Positions 1 through 14,012 of a stretch of DNA of 64,000 bases are shown here, piece after piece (position 1 is the first letter of the stretch; every line of letters starts with the position of its first letter). Origin of the DNA: the human T2T-CHM13v2.0 reference genome, Homo sapiens. The position numbers and the translations under genes were made by a program. Location of the stretch: assembly GCF_009914755.1 (NCBI RefSeq), contig NC_060941.1; one strand, given 5' to 3'. The notes below the pieces were generated by a model that saw nothing but the letters and a program-made list of their open reading frames with translations, searched no databases and was not told the origin of the DNA.

Positions 1-339
1 CTATGAGGGAGAAAGCATCTAGACACGCAGAACAGTTTTGGTTTATTACTCTTTCCTCAGTGTAGGCGTAATGTGATGTGTTTTGTGTGGTGTGTGTATT
101 TTGGTGTTTGTACACATCATCATGGAATTTGGGTAAATCTGCATCAGCAATAGCAGGTGTGACTTTGGTGTAAAAAGTAATCCCCCATGTGAGTCAAACA
201 GTAAAAATGTGGACCCCCAAGGCCTCTCATGATCTGTCTTCCATCCATATCTCCAGTCTTGTATTTTATTCCCCTCAACTCTGGCCACATACTCCACTCA
301 CCTTGCTTTTCCACCCTTCTGTGCCTTTGGATCTGCTGC

Positions 340-700
340 TCCCTTGGCCCAGAAAGACCTCCGTTGCATTCCACCCTCCTCTACACCTAGATGACTTCTA
401 CTCATGTGTTACATTTCAGCCTAGATGCCAGATCCTCTGGGAATACTCTGCCCATCTCCCTACTCCTTGGTCTCAGTCAGATGCCCTTCCTCAACACGCC
501 ATAGTTCGCTGCCCATCTCTACTGGATCTGTTCTCATGTTGTACCCTAATTCATTGTGAGTTTGTCTGTTTCTATCGAGACTCTGTGCTGCTTGAGGGTG
601 GGGACTGTCTATCTCACCTCTTATTCTCCAGCCCGTAGCACAGTAGCTGGCACATGATTAATGTTTACTGGCTAGATCAATGATTTAATGAAGAAATGAA
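340..700 (+). mobile_element. L2 (LINE-2) 3' fragment
   Basis: Degenerate L2 3'-end motifs (cttgagggtggggactgtc...agcacagtagctggcacat...aatgtttactgg). Confidence 0.55.
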
Positions 701-3274
701 TTAATTAAGTGAAAAAAAGATTTAGAGACACAGCTTTCTTAATATCAACAATCTGGAAGTTCTGGAAGCCTCTTTATTTGAAAATAGCAAAGTCTTTTTA
801 ACACAGTCAAATGCCCCCAAGATTCCAAGTTGAAAATTGTCTGTGACCTGTAGATTATTCTTGGGGCCTCTTATCATAAAGTTCAGCCAGTTTCTCAGGA
901 TAATGCATCAATTTGTTTCTCAATAGAAATCTGTTCTGTCAGTTGAAAATACTTGATGGTGATAACTATTGGACAAGCCACACTGGAAAATAAAATCCAG
1001 TTCAGACTGCCAAAATTATAACCTACGAAGAAGAAATGGTAGTATACACAAAATGCTCATTGTTATGGTGTAGTGAAAAGTACACTGGATTTAGAGCCAA
1101 AAGGCATCAAACCTGGTCCCCATCATTTGCTAGTTAGGTGGCACTGGACAACTTAGTTAATGTTTCAGAGCCCACCTAATTTGCTTTTCATCCTGTAAAA
1201 TAGGTTCACTCCAGTTGCCTTATGAACTTTAAGCTCTGTGTCAGTATCATGGAATGAAAATTGATATTGCTTGAGTAACTGCTACGTGCCTTTCATTCTG
1301 TTAAATGTTTTAAAGTTGAGTAAATCCAAATGCAGATTCCTTTAGGGTCACGTAGGACCTGTTTCTTGCTATACCATCCTCTATCTAGCTCATGGCTTAC
1401 CAATTACTTTTTTTTTAAGAAAATATTTCATAATCACCCATCGAGTCCGTGTTCCATGCTATTATACTTGCTATTACATAGACTGCTATTCTATATTACA
1501 CAAGACCACTATTAACTAGGCCACTCACTATTCTAAGCAGGATTTTATTTAAATGAGATAGGGTATGCTTTATGTCTCATTTCCTTGTCAAGTGAAGTAG
1601 ATCTGCCAAAAGGATTCAAATAAATGTTGTCTAGGTAACATGTTCTACATACCCAAATTTCTCAGAGTTCTAGTGGAATTTATAAAATGTCTACACCAAT
1701 AGTCAGCACCACACACCCTCTTGTTGCCTCTGAATCGGCCACGTGGGATGCTTGGCGTCATATAGACCAAACGTTCAGATGTTGGACTCATTTTTTTTTT
1801 AGTTTTCATATGGGTGTTTGGGACTCAGAGAAACAATCAACTTTAGCCTGGAATACAGGATCCAAGGATTGTTGAAACATGGGATTAGTCTGGGTTTTCT
1901 GGAGGAAAATGTTCTTTTCAACATCACTTTCCAGAACAGGGATCTGATTCTGTTTATGAACAACAGTGCCAGTGTTGTTACTAACAACAAGAATTGTTCC
2001 TCGTCTGTTGAAATCACACTCATCCATCCTTTTTACCTCTAGTGCCCCAATTCAGGTCCTAGTCCATGAGTCCTAATTCTCCTTGGGAATTTACCTAACC
2101 CTTCCCTGCCTCTGTTTTCCACATTTCAGTCTGCCTACCATACTCTCACCATCATTTCAATGCAATCTCCCTGCTGAAAAACTTGCAGAGCTTCCCTCTC
2201 ACCTACCAATAGTTCAAATGCACTAGATCTTCCAAAATCTGGTGCCTAGTGTGAAGAAAAAATGCATAAAAAAAGTAATCAGGTGGTCTTTGTTCTAGTT
2301 CCAGTTATGCTACAATGTAACCATGTGACCTTGGAAGAGCTACCTTCCCTCTCTAGGTTGTAGTTACCTTTGAAGAGTTGCTTTTCCTCCCTAGATCTCA
2401 GTTTTCGTGAATGTGAAATGAATGAAGTGATTGGACAAGATCAGAGATGCCAGATGAATGACATTCAGTCACCACTACTTTCCTATAGTGTCCTTGGAAT
2501 TCATCATTAATTGATCTTTGGCTTTTTCCCACTGAGCGCTAATAAGCTTCAAAATCATCCATGCCGTCACTTCCAACAGACCAGTTAACTTTTGAAATCA
2601 AAGCCCTTTACCTCCCTCAATGGGATGATCTCTGAGGTTGCTTCCTGCTCTAACATTCCACAATTCTACAGTCTCTTTCCATCTTAACCACCTACTATTT
2701 CTAACGTGAAGCCCATACTGCAGCCAACCGCATTTTGAACAGTTCCTCTAAATGCATTTTGAACATTTTAGGCCACTGGAATGGCCTAAAATGCTTTCAG
2801 TCACAGTTTTCAGTCAAAATCTGACCCACCCTACAAAGCTGAGGTGAGTTCCACTCTCCCTTGAAGCTGGACATGACCATGCCCTTCACTCCTGAATCCC
2901 CATAGTATTTTTTTGTTTAGTTATAACATTTATTGATGACAAACCCTATACCCCCTCTCTGAGCTTTTTGATTGCTGTATTGAATATTTGTGTAGCTTTC
3001 TTTGCCTTCCATTAGATTATAAACTCCTGAAATTTAAAATCAGACAACCTATGTTCAAAGTCCAGTTCTTCCCATTAGTTGTCATGAGATAAATCATTGA
3101 ATCTCTTTAATTATTGGATCAGCCATCACTATATACCCAGCCCCTAGTGCTGTGCCTGGCCTAGCTTAGAAAATCAATAATGACTTGTTTAACAGAAGGA
3201 AGAAAGGAAGAAATGGAGATAAAGAGAGAAATTTACTAAGATCTACCTCATGAGCTTAGTGTGGAAGTTAAATA

Positions 3275-3450
3275 AATATACATATACACATAAATATTAT
3301 ATGTTAAACATGCTATATAAACATATATCATGTATACATATATGTTACATATATATACATTCATATGTGTGTGCATAGATGTGTGTGTATATATGTATGT
3401 GTGTGTATATATATATACATATATATATATATACACACACATACATATAT

Positions 3451-3488
<38 letters not shown>

Positions 3489-3490
3489 GT
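3275..3490. repeat. (TA)n/(TG)n/(CA)n compound microsatellite
   Basis: Directly visible dinucleotide runs. Confidence 0.95.
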
Positions 3491-3734
3491 AATTGAAAAC
3501 CTTGGCTCAAATGTTGAAAATGTCTAAGTTACTATCAATACTAATAATACAATAATAAGGGATAAAATACTTATTAAATCCAATTGTATGCCAAGGACTT
3601 CACATAATTATGAAAGCTGGCATGGTGTGGTAAAGCAGTGCAAACTTTGGAGCCCAATTAAATCTGGGTTTGTAGCCCCACTTTTCTGCCTTAGATGACT
3701 TTGGGTGAGTTACCTGACTCCTGAATACCTTCAT

Positions 3735-4113
3735 TGTGTATATTCAAATGTACTACACTATAGTTTAGTAACACCTCCAAAATCTCAGTGGTTTAGCATG
3801 ACAAAAGTTTCCCACTCGTACTACATATCCATTGCAGGCAAGCAGGAAGCTCTGCACCATGTAGTCACTCAGGGACCTAGGCTGATGGAGGCTTCACCAC
3901 CTTACAACTATGTCATCTGGATCACGTGGAAACTTCCAGTGCTACAGCAGGGGAAGAGGGAGAGAGAGTGTAAAGGCTCTCACTTAAGCAATTAATGGCC
4001 AACACAGAAGTGACCTATGTCACTTTTAGTCATAGACCCAACCTCAGTGGGCCTGGAAAATGCAGGCTTCCACATACTCAGAAAGAGAGGGGAACCAGAT
4101 GTCAGTGACCACT
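3735..4113 (-). mobile_element. MLT1 (J/K-like) MaLR LTR interrupting a MIR
   Basis: aaaatctcagtggtttagcatgacaaaagtt and gtcactcagggacctaggctgatggaggc are MLT1K-type motifs. MIR-like sequence lies at 3620-3735 and resumes near 4420. Confidence 0.6.
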
Positions 4114-4131
4114 AGAAATGTCTGATGAATA

Positions 4132-4419
4132 GGCAGGCGTGGTGGCTCACACCTGTAATGCCAGCACTTTGGGAGGCAAAGGCGGGCAGATCACTTGAGG
4201 CCAGGAATTTGAGACCGGCCTGACCAGCATGGCAAAACCCCATCTCTACTAAAAATACAAAAATTAGCCAGGCATGGTGGTGCATGCCTGTAGTCCCAGC
4301 TACTCTGGAGGCTGAGGCACAATAATTGCTTGAACCCGTGAAGCAGAGGTTGCAGTGAGAGGAGATCCTGCCAGCCTGGAAGACAGAGTGAGACTCTGTC
4401 ACAAAAAAAAAAAAAAAAA
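4132..4419 (+). mobile_element. Alu (S/J-type), small deletion in right arm
   Basis: ggcaggcgtggtggctcac start, central A-rich linker, poly-A tail. Confidence 0.95.
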
Positions 4420-5427
4420 GGCTGATGAGGATAATAATGACTAGTGTGACTACTGTGTAGGACTCTTAGGAGAATGAAATGTAATAACCTCATCAGGCAG
4501 ATAGGACAGGACTTCAGCAACTGTTGGTGTTTTTCCTCTTTTTTTCCTAATGAATTGGGACAAGTTGTATATGTATTTATTATTCCTTTTTCATTTCAAA
4601 CTCAAGTGTTTGCACATATTACTCAGTAAATATTCACTAAATAATTTAAATAAGAAATTTGCAATTGTTTTTCATAGGCTATTTTAAATTCACAGGAAAT
4701 GTATTTTTGTGGTTATAATCAATTGCAAGACCAACTTACCATTTTGGATAATTGTCATATCTAGAATATCGATAGACATCGTAAGCTCTTAGCTTTGTTT
4801 TTTCTTGTTTAGTTTTGGTTTAGTTCGTTTGTTTTCACAAACGCTTTTAGAATTCACACAACTTATTGATAAGCCTATATTTCATTATTATTATGAGGCA
4901 TCTTTTTAGCATGATGATGCTGGTTTCATATAGGTGCTAATGAATCCCAACATCACCCTAATTGGAACAGTTACTTTAGAGGGGTAGAGGCTATTTGGAA
5001 AGGGAGGTTGAGGAGTGAATGGATAAGTGGAGACAGTAGGCTTAGACCATTGCTTCTAGAATTTTGACTAGAGATCACTGCCTTTGCTGAGATGTGGTTT
5101 CAAAGGAGTCTTGTTTTGTTTTCATTTTAATATGGAGGGAACCGAGCCTGCTTGAATACTGTGAGGAATGATCCAGAAGGCAGGGGGAGTTTGGAGATGT
5201 AACAGAAAGCGGGGAAAACAATGGTCTTTAGAGAGCATCAAAGAGGCATATCCAGAAATCATCTGAAGGCCTGGCCCTGGACCAGAGAAGGGGCATGTTC
5301 TCCTTTGAAGCTAAAGGAGAGGCGCAGAGGAAGTGTGCAGAGGCAGGGAGATGTGTAGCCCTGGCAGGAAAAATTTAATTTCCATTAGAGAACTTCTAAT
5401 TCCGTTTAAAATTATTATCATTATTAT

Positions 5428-5714
5428 TTTTTTTTTCAGAGACATCTCACTCAGTTGCCCAGGCTAGGGTGCAGTGGCACAATCATAGCTCACTATAACC
5501 CTGAACTCCTGGGCTGAAGCAATCCTCCTACCTCAGCTTCCCAAGTAGCTGGAACTACAGGAACACCGCCACATCCAGCTAATTTTTTAATGTTTTATTG
5601 AGACAAAGTCTCACTATGTTGTCCAGGCTGGTTTCCAACTTTTGGCCTCAAGTGATCCTTTCACTTCAGCCTCCCAAAATGCTGGATTATAGGCATGAGC
5701 AACGAAGCCCAGCC
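5428..5714 (-). mobile_element. AluJ-like
   Basis: Poly-T followed by diverged reverse-complement Alu. Confidence 0.9.
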
Positions 5715-6613
5715 TTCTAATATTTTTATGAAGTAGTACATCCACCAAGTGAGAAGGAAAGGGATGGAGGGTAGCAGGATGAGTGGGAGATTTAAGAAAG
5801 GCAGAAAAGTAAGATGGGCATTGATCAGAGTGGCAGAACAGGCTTCCTAGAGATCCCAGGAGACAGCGCCAAGCCATCCTGAGGGCTTAGTGTAGAGATG
5901 TTAATAACACATCATGGCAAGCTGCCCTGCTACTCCTGTTCTGCCCTGTTGGCAGCCTCAGTGACAAACCCTAAAGGTGCTCCTGCTGGGGAGGCAGCAG
6001 GCAAGAGCAAGTCCCCTAAGGCTGCTCTTTGTAATCCTAATCAAGTGGGTACATTGACTTTGGTCAATCTGATGATCTATCCAGAAGCTTAGACTGCAGA
6101 GATTGGGTTAACAGACAGAGGCCCTGATCAGGTCGATCTGGTAAATCCACATGGATCGGTGGCAGCTCTGCTGAAGAAAAAAGACCTTGCAAGCCCCCAT
6201 CCCAGGTCCTGAAAGTGTCCCTTGTTCTAAGACTGAGGGATTCATTCACCTTCTTTGCTCCATCTTGAAAAACAAATATGGAAGAATATTCAAAAAATGA
6301 CCTTGGCGTCAAAGAAAATGATTAGTGAAGGCACCCATTCACTCAGTAAGTCAACATTTATTGAGCTCCTACTGTATTCCTCCTCCAGGAGGAAGAAGGA
6401 AGGCTCCCTGCCCCTTCAGGGATACCTGCCCAGAGAGTAAGATAGACACCTAAGCCAATAATTACCAATGCAAATACGGGAGTACGTATAAGAGCTATAA
6501 GAACTCAGAGAGGGAGCGACAGAGTCTGCAGGAGGCAGACAGGTTGCTGGAGCTAAGTGGTTCATCAGGAAGTATCGGGATGTGTTTAATGCCAATCTTC
6601 ATTAAATGTATTA

Positions 6614-6919
<306 letters not shown>

Positions 6920-6990
<71 letters not shown>

Positions 6991-7003
6991 TATATATATG
7001 TAT
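6920..7003. repeat. (TA)n(CA)n microsatellite at the Alu tail
   Basis: Directly visible. Confidence 0.95.
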
Positions 7004-9389
7004 AGTCCCCATATTTATATATCTAGTTACCTGCCCTTACTACCACCGCCATACACACATACATCCCTATTTTCTCAAGTTGATGTAAGTCTCTGGAATA
7101 AGAACAACTTTTAAACTTATCTTGGGGGAGCTGGAAGGAAATGGAGAGCAGGCATGGTAAAGCTTTCTCAGGACCAGGTGTGGCAGGGGCTGATCCTCAA
7201 GAAAGTTATTTGCAGGAGTTAGAAACTCAATGAGAGTCTCTGAAGGAAGCAGGGACCGGCACTGGCGGGGAAATGCATAACATGGGAAATGGCCTCAGGG
7301 CTTCACTAGGAACCCTCCATTTGAAGGTGGAAGTACCAGGAAGCATTGTCTTATTTCCATCTCCCCTGGCCTTTTGTACTCACTCTCCCTTTTGAAGGAA
7401 GTGAGGGACTAGTGCTGGGGAGACCGGAGCCAGTGGTTTTGATTCATGGCAGGGAAGGAACAATGTACAGACGGGAATCCTGTCTCCAGGATTAATTAGC
7501 CTGGTGGATGGGCCAGGAGCCTGTGTTTCTCCCACTGACCTAAGCAGCACCTTCTATACCCCAGGAGGCTCTCTGCAAACCAACGGTCTACAGCAATGGT
7601 TAAAACAGCAGTGTGATGAGCAGCCAAGGGCATTCCAAGAAGTTGTGTTGTTTATCCCCAAACTACCTCTCCATTTGTGTGAATGAGTGGCATGATTCAT
7701 TTTCCATAAACAGCGTGGGTGAACAGAAGGGGAAAAAAATCCAAAGGCTGGGGACTGGCATTTCACTTTGTAGAAACTGCCAAGGAAAAGTTTTCTTCAT
7801 TTTGGTATCCCTCTGAGAAGAGGCCAATTCTCTGAAACAAGAGGCTGTCCACAGCTGGGTCACATACACTGAGTCTGAGTCTTCACACAGACCCATTAAA
7901 ACTGTCCAGGCACAGATGAGAAGATAGAAAACAGCAGGGAAACAAGTGATTGCAATGCAAACTCTACCCAGACATACCCTGAGGTCTTAAGGAAGAAACT
8001 CCTAGCTAGCAGGGCTAGCAAAAGAATCAAGGAAGGTCTCTGTCCTGGCTTTTCTATTTATCACCCTAACATTTAACCTCCTTGATCAAGATCTTCTAGA
8101 ACTTAATCCCCAGCATCCTTTGGTATTTGCTGTTATCAGGAACAATAATAATAATAGCAAAAAAACAAAAACAACTCTGTGTTTAATTGCAGGCTTACCA
8201 TGTTCTTGTTATATACATGAATGACTAATATAGTTTATTTTATACTCTCTGCTTTTCTGAAAGGTAAGTATTATTATCCTCACTTTATGAATGAGAAAAA
8301 TTAATCTCAACGTGATAAATAACTCTTAGCCTCTGATGAGACAAAGTAGAACTTGATTTCAAATGCATGCCTGTCTAATTTGAAAGAATGCATCCTTTGG
8401 AAAGGCTGTGATGCACTATTCCTTTTATTTGCCTTTTAACTTTAGGGAAAATGGTATGTCTACTCCTCTTTCCCTCAACAACTCCTGTAGCTTTCTTATT
8501 CTGCATCCTTGATTGCAAGCAGCATCTTCTTCTCACTCTTTCACTTATCTGATTTTTAATTATCATATCAAGTGAAACACCAAGACATCAGGCTGGGAGG
8601 AACTGTATCCAGCAGATTCAGGACCAGGAAGCAGCAAGCAGGTGACAAGCTCAGTATGATACAAAAGGCAGGGCCATGAAAGCTGCCATGCTCAGTGCTA
8701 GGAGGTGGCAGTGAGAGCTCTTATTGGTCCCAAGAGCAGGACATGGGAGGTGCCAACTCAGAGTCTAGAGGCTGAGCCCAGGATTAAGAGCCAGGGGAGC
8801 TGCCAAGTAATTGGAGACAGGAGCATGGGATGTATTTGCTGAAACAAGCTGTTTGGCCTGGAGAGCCGATGTGGGGCATCCAGGGAGTGCTGGAGTGGGA
8901 GCACTTTCTCAGCTGGCTCTTGTCCCACGCTGTCTTAAAGGCACTACCTGACAACTGATACTACCGGTCAGGCAAGGCCCATTTCAGGAAGTCCTCTGGA
9001 ACCAGCCAGCAGACAGGGACACACTGATCCCTCCCTGGAGCACTTGTATCATCTGTTGTCGGCACTGCACACTTAGCTCTTAGCAAACGTCATGCTGTGT
9101 GGTTAGTTTTCAGTCCCCACCACTGTGATACAAGGTCCTAGAGGGCAGGCTGAGAGCAAGAATGCCAATTACACTTGTGAGTTGGCTTTCTCCATCCATT
9201 CCCTGGGCCTCTATCTGACCCTAAGTAAAATTTGTGAAAGTGGATTTTATCAACTAGCTCCAATAATTGTAGTTTTAGAATGATGTCCTCAAATGTCAGC
9301 TTGCCTGTGGATCTCTCTGTGTGCCTGTCCACTGCTAGCTCCTGGCTCCCCTCTCTGGTCACTCCTCATCACTCTTGGGCTCTGCCACT

Positions 9390-10010
<621 letters not shown>

Positions 10011-12071
10011 AAGTATCAGCTGGGAAATGTCAAAATTCAGATATCTGAGACCCACTGATCCCAAATATTAATTACTTGGCTGACATTCTCCACAATCTGC
10101 CCTGAGTATTCCTTCCTCATCAGGGTAGACTCCTGCCTCCTTTCTCTGATACAGCTGAGTCCTGGGGCCAGGCAGGTCCATGCCATCTGCCAGGTTCCCC
10201 TGTACTTGCTGTGCTATCAGGTGCCATTGCTGCCTTCCAAGAATCCGTGGGTCAGCTTGACATTGTGGGTGGTGCAGTTGGGAGGGGAGGGACTGCATTC
10301 ATTCTCTGGAGGCTGCATTCATTTCCTGGGCTGGCCACAGAGCCAGATGCCTGCAGGGTTCTCTCTTTGCCAGCAGCTCTTCAAAGACTTGTGAGCCCAC
10401 TCAGCCCTCCAGAGACACTCTTCACTGCAAAGCCTCAGGCAGCCTAGCCAGGGGACCCTGGAGCTGATGCCACCTGGAATCCCTACCAAGTGTGCAAAGC
10501 AGCCACATTCTGGGACAGCTGGATTGGAGGAGGGAGCAGAGGCTGAGGTTGGCTTCCAAATCTTCCAAGCAGTGATCTTTTTAGTGAATTGCTTGAGGGT
10601 TCTCTGGCTAGACCTGGTGCAATTACTTGTGCTCCCCCTCCATGGAGTCTCTCTGTGCCTTTGGGACAGCCTCTCCCCCTTCTCACCATCATCTTTGGTG
10701 ATTCATGGTTGTTTTCTGCCTATGGATCAGCTGTTCATTCCTGCTAAGGGTCCTATAATTAGACAGAGCACAAGAGCTACAGCTCCCTGTTTGTGTTTTG
10801 CCCAGAGAAGTCTCCAGGGACACTCAGACCCCTACCTACTCACTCTCAAATCTATTCACTGACTCCCACGTCAGAGAATAAAGATGAACAAAGATTGATC
10901 TCCCTAGCGGAGTCCCTCCTCCCACCTTTATGATTCCCTTCATCTTTCCCCTCCCCCAGACTGAATGTCAGTGTTTGAAAGCCAAGCTTAACCCTGGGGA
11001 TTTGAGAGGGAGTGGCAGGGAATGGGTTTTACTCAGGTCAAAATGAGTCTAAAAGATACATAAGCTTAAGTGGACCTTCTTTCTTTATTTTTTTATTAAG
11101 TGGGAGGGAGTTAATTATCTCTCTCTGTGCCATAATTTCTATTCCTGTTTGCTGATCACCCCCACCCACCTTTTGAAATGAAGAGTAATACAGGAAAAAA
11201 ACCTATATCCACGTTTGTATTAAGCAAATATTTTCTAACTTTTACACCCAGACTACCATCTACCATTATTCTTTGATGTCTGCAGGATTTTACTTATACA
11301 TAGTAAGATATCAAAATAAGTGCTCTATTGATTGAGGACCTACTTCATATTGTCATTTTTCAGTCTGGAAAAGGTTACTTATAATATGACAGGGTAGGAA
11401 TTTTGAGTGCCAGACAGTTAGTTCTTGTTGGTTTGTTTGTTTTTGTTTTGTTTTGTTTTTACAAGGAGAGAGGTAAAACTAACAAACAAAAAAATAACAA
11501 CTAACAAAACACCTAGATATAACTGGTTGGGAGTGAAGACACTAACACTCATGGACATCAACACCTTGAAATCCCCTGTGTTGTCACAAAGATGATGCCA
11601 CTGTACCTGGTGCTGTGAGGTGGTGAGTTGAGTTGTTTGGGGAATTTCCTATACACATTGCAAAGCCCTTGTGAGACATCTTCAGAAATGAGCAACTCAG
11701 CTCATGAAGTCAGAGCCAGTGAGGCCAGTTGACAAGCGATGGTGAAGTCCAGATCCCCACCTGCCTTCACTGGATAAAATGCCTTGTCACCATCCATTTC
11801 CACCATTCCCCACTCCCTCCTTGGACTACTCAGATATGCTTACTCCTGCAGTCCCAGCTGTAGAACTTTCCAGCCCTATGCATTCAGTTATCAATCAATG
11901 GAGATCTCAGCTGCACTTGGGCTGGAGCAGGACAAACCAGCCTTTCTTTATGCCAACAGGGAATGCTTGAAATAACTTGACACACAACTCTGATTGATGC
12001 AGCCACAGTTTACACTCCACACTTCAGACGGTTTGAAATGGCTAGAATTAATAGCCTATTATAAGATAGTA

Positions 12072-12110
12072 GGGGGGTGGGGGAGTTGGGGGTGGGAGGT
12101 CTGGGAAAGG
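12072..12110 (+). other. G-quadruplex-forming motif
   Basis: gggggg-t-gggg-agtt-ggggg-t-ggg...ggg-aaa-ggg: at least 4 G-runs with short loops. Confidence 0.6.
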
Positions 12111-13939
12111 GAGGCAGGAGAGAGAGAGAGACAAAAAAATACCTTTTTTATGATCTCCTAATTTAAATCTATTTATTTGATTTTTGCAGAGTGTGACATG
12201 AAGGGGGGTACTGGGAGGGGAGGATTGTTCTTATCACCCTGCTGTGAGTCCACTGGGGGGCTCCAGCCAGCTTGGCACCAACTTAATGCATTTTTCTAGT
12301 AAATGATGCGAATCCATGTGGCTGGGCAAGGAGGGGTTAAAGAGGCTAGGGAGTCAGGGACTGAGGGAGGGAAGAATGGCAATCGCTTGGTTCACTTGCT
12401 TTCATGCCAGGTTCTGCTAGCCAGCTGGAGAGAGGGGAAATGGAGTTTAAAACCCCTGGTAAGGAATTTTTCCTTGGTCTGAACATTGTTTAAATTCCTG
12501 AAGTGGGTGATCCCTGTAATAAATACCTTGGACTTTGTAAGACAGATATATTTACTCAAGTTTAAAGTTTGGATTTGATGGATATGCACTTGGGAATGCA
12601 CGGGATCGGAGTGTTTGTTATAGGTTGGAACCCATTCAATGCGCACAAGGAGTTAAGAGAACTCCATTTATAGCAAAGCAGACTGTCTTCACCATTCTTT
12701 GTGGTCACTATGTCAAAGTCTGTACTTGATCCCTTATTTCGAATATCGTTGGCCCTCAAAAGACATTAAATGAGAAAGAGAATTTGGCCCAAGGTACTCA
12801 AAGCACTTTTTTAAGACTTATGTGCAAATGGAGCCTTGAACTAGGTCACCTGTCTTGTATGTAGGAAAACACTTCTTTGAGGAGAGAGTAGATAATATGA
12901 AGCAAAGGACAAAGATGAAGGTAGAGCCAGAAAGAGCTGAACACTCCAGCTTATGTTCTATTTTTCCTGTAATGTCACTGCCTCAGGACTGATTACATAT
13001 TGTAAGAGAAAAAAATTCATCCTATCATTGGGAGTATGGAGTCTCACAGGACACAATGCCTTTTGTCCAGATTGAAACACTTGCTATTCCCCTAAAGAAT
13101 GTTACTCAATCCTATAACTTAAAACAAGCAAGCCAGGTAATTCCAAGAAGGCCAGGTTGGAGTTTCCAGGAACTCATGCCAACTTTGCCCTCCTTGACTG
13201 TAGAATCGTAGGGATTTCCCCAGAGCCCCCAGGTGAAAGGCCCCCCTGCCCTTTTCTCCTTGGTGAATGACATGATTCCAGCCTGACCGGCAGAGTGAAC
13301 AGTTGACTAGCCACCACGGATTCTGTTCAACCATTTGGTTTGGTTTTCCCAAGGGGGTTCCCATCTAACCACAGGCCTATGCCAGAGCTACATGATCTTG
13401 CCAAGCTTCACGGGGTCCATGTTTAAGGGGGTGCAGCCTCAGGCCACTGTGTGCATGCCCTTCTGCCACTGCCCAACAACACAGATGGAATTTTGGTTTC
13501 CCAGCATGGGAATGAATGCCCATTTTCCATGATGCATATGTGTGATGTGAAAAATCATCTCACCTTGGGCTTAAATAGGCCTCTCAGAAGCAAGAGCCAA
13601 GTACAAGCTGGAGACTCCTGTTCCATCTTCCCTGTTGAAATAGGTTACAAGGGAATATTTTTCATAATCCACTTACAATGAATTTTCCTGCTTTGGCTGA
13701 TGCTCAAGCCCACACATCAGTGACTCCCACGTTCCAGATGACTTAGTTGCAGGAATCAGAATGTGCCTCACAAAATAAAAGATCAATATAACATTTGTTT
13801 GAGAAACCACATTCCTCTTATAGGCTGAAGTACGTGATGTCTGCAACAGCAGAAATAAAGATGTGAAAATATTATTTTCTATGATATTGGTATTTTAACT
13901 GCCTAAGCTCCTAATTTTACTATAACTGCCAACATAGGT

Positions 13940-13970
<31 letters not shown>

Positions 13971-14012
13971 GTTTTGTTTGTTTTTGTGAGATCCTGGGAT
14001 TTATTTTAATAC

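Noticed and set aside
3248-3527. ORFs rich in Y/I/C/V/H/T (also 6792-7114 and 24606-24857)
   Set aside because: They are translations of dinucleotide microsatellites.
4112-4520. Alu-derived ORFs (also near 6611, 25337, 40334, 41004, 44080, 55421 and 56496)
   Set aside because: Typical Alu reading frames, not genes.
6054-6069. Palindrome attgac-tttg-gtcaat resembling a nuclear-receptor element
   Set aside because: A single short motif is expected by chance, and there is no supporting evidence.
10076-10862. GC-richer block with several ORFs, including a minus-strand frame MAWTCLAPG...ENVSQ ending at a weak gtaatt donor
   Set aside because: No recognisable protein similarity and a weak donor; overlapping ORFs on both strands are explained by base composition.
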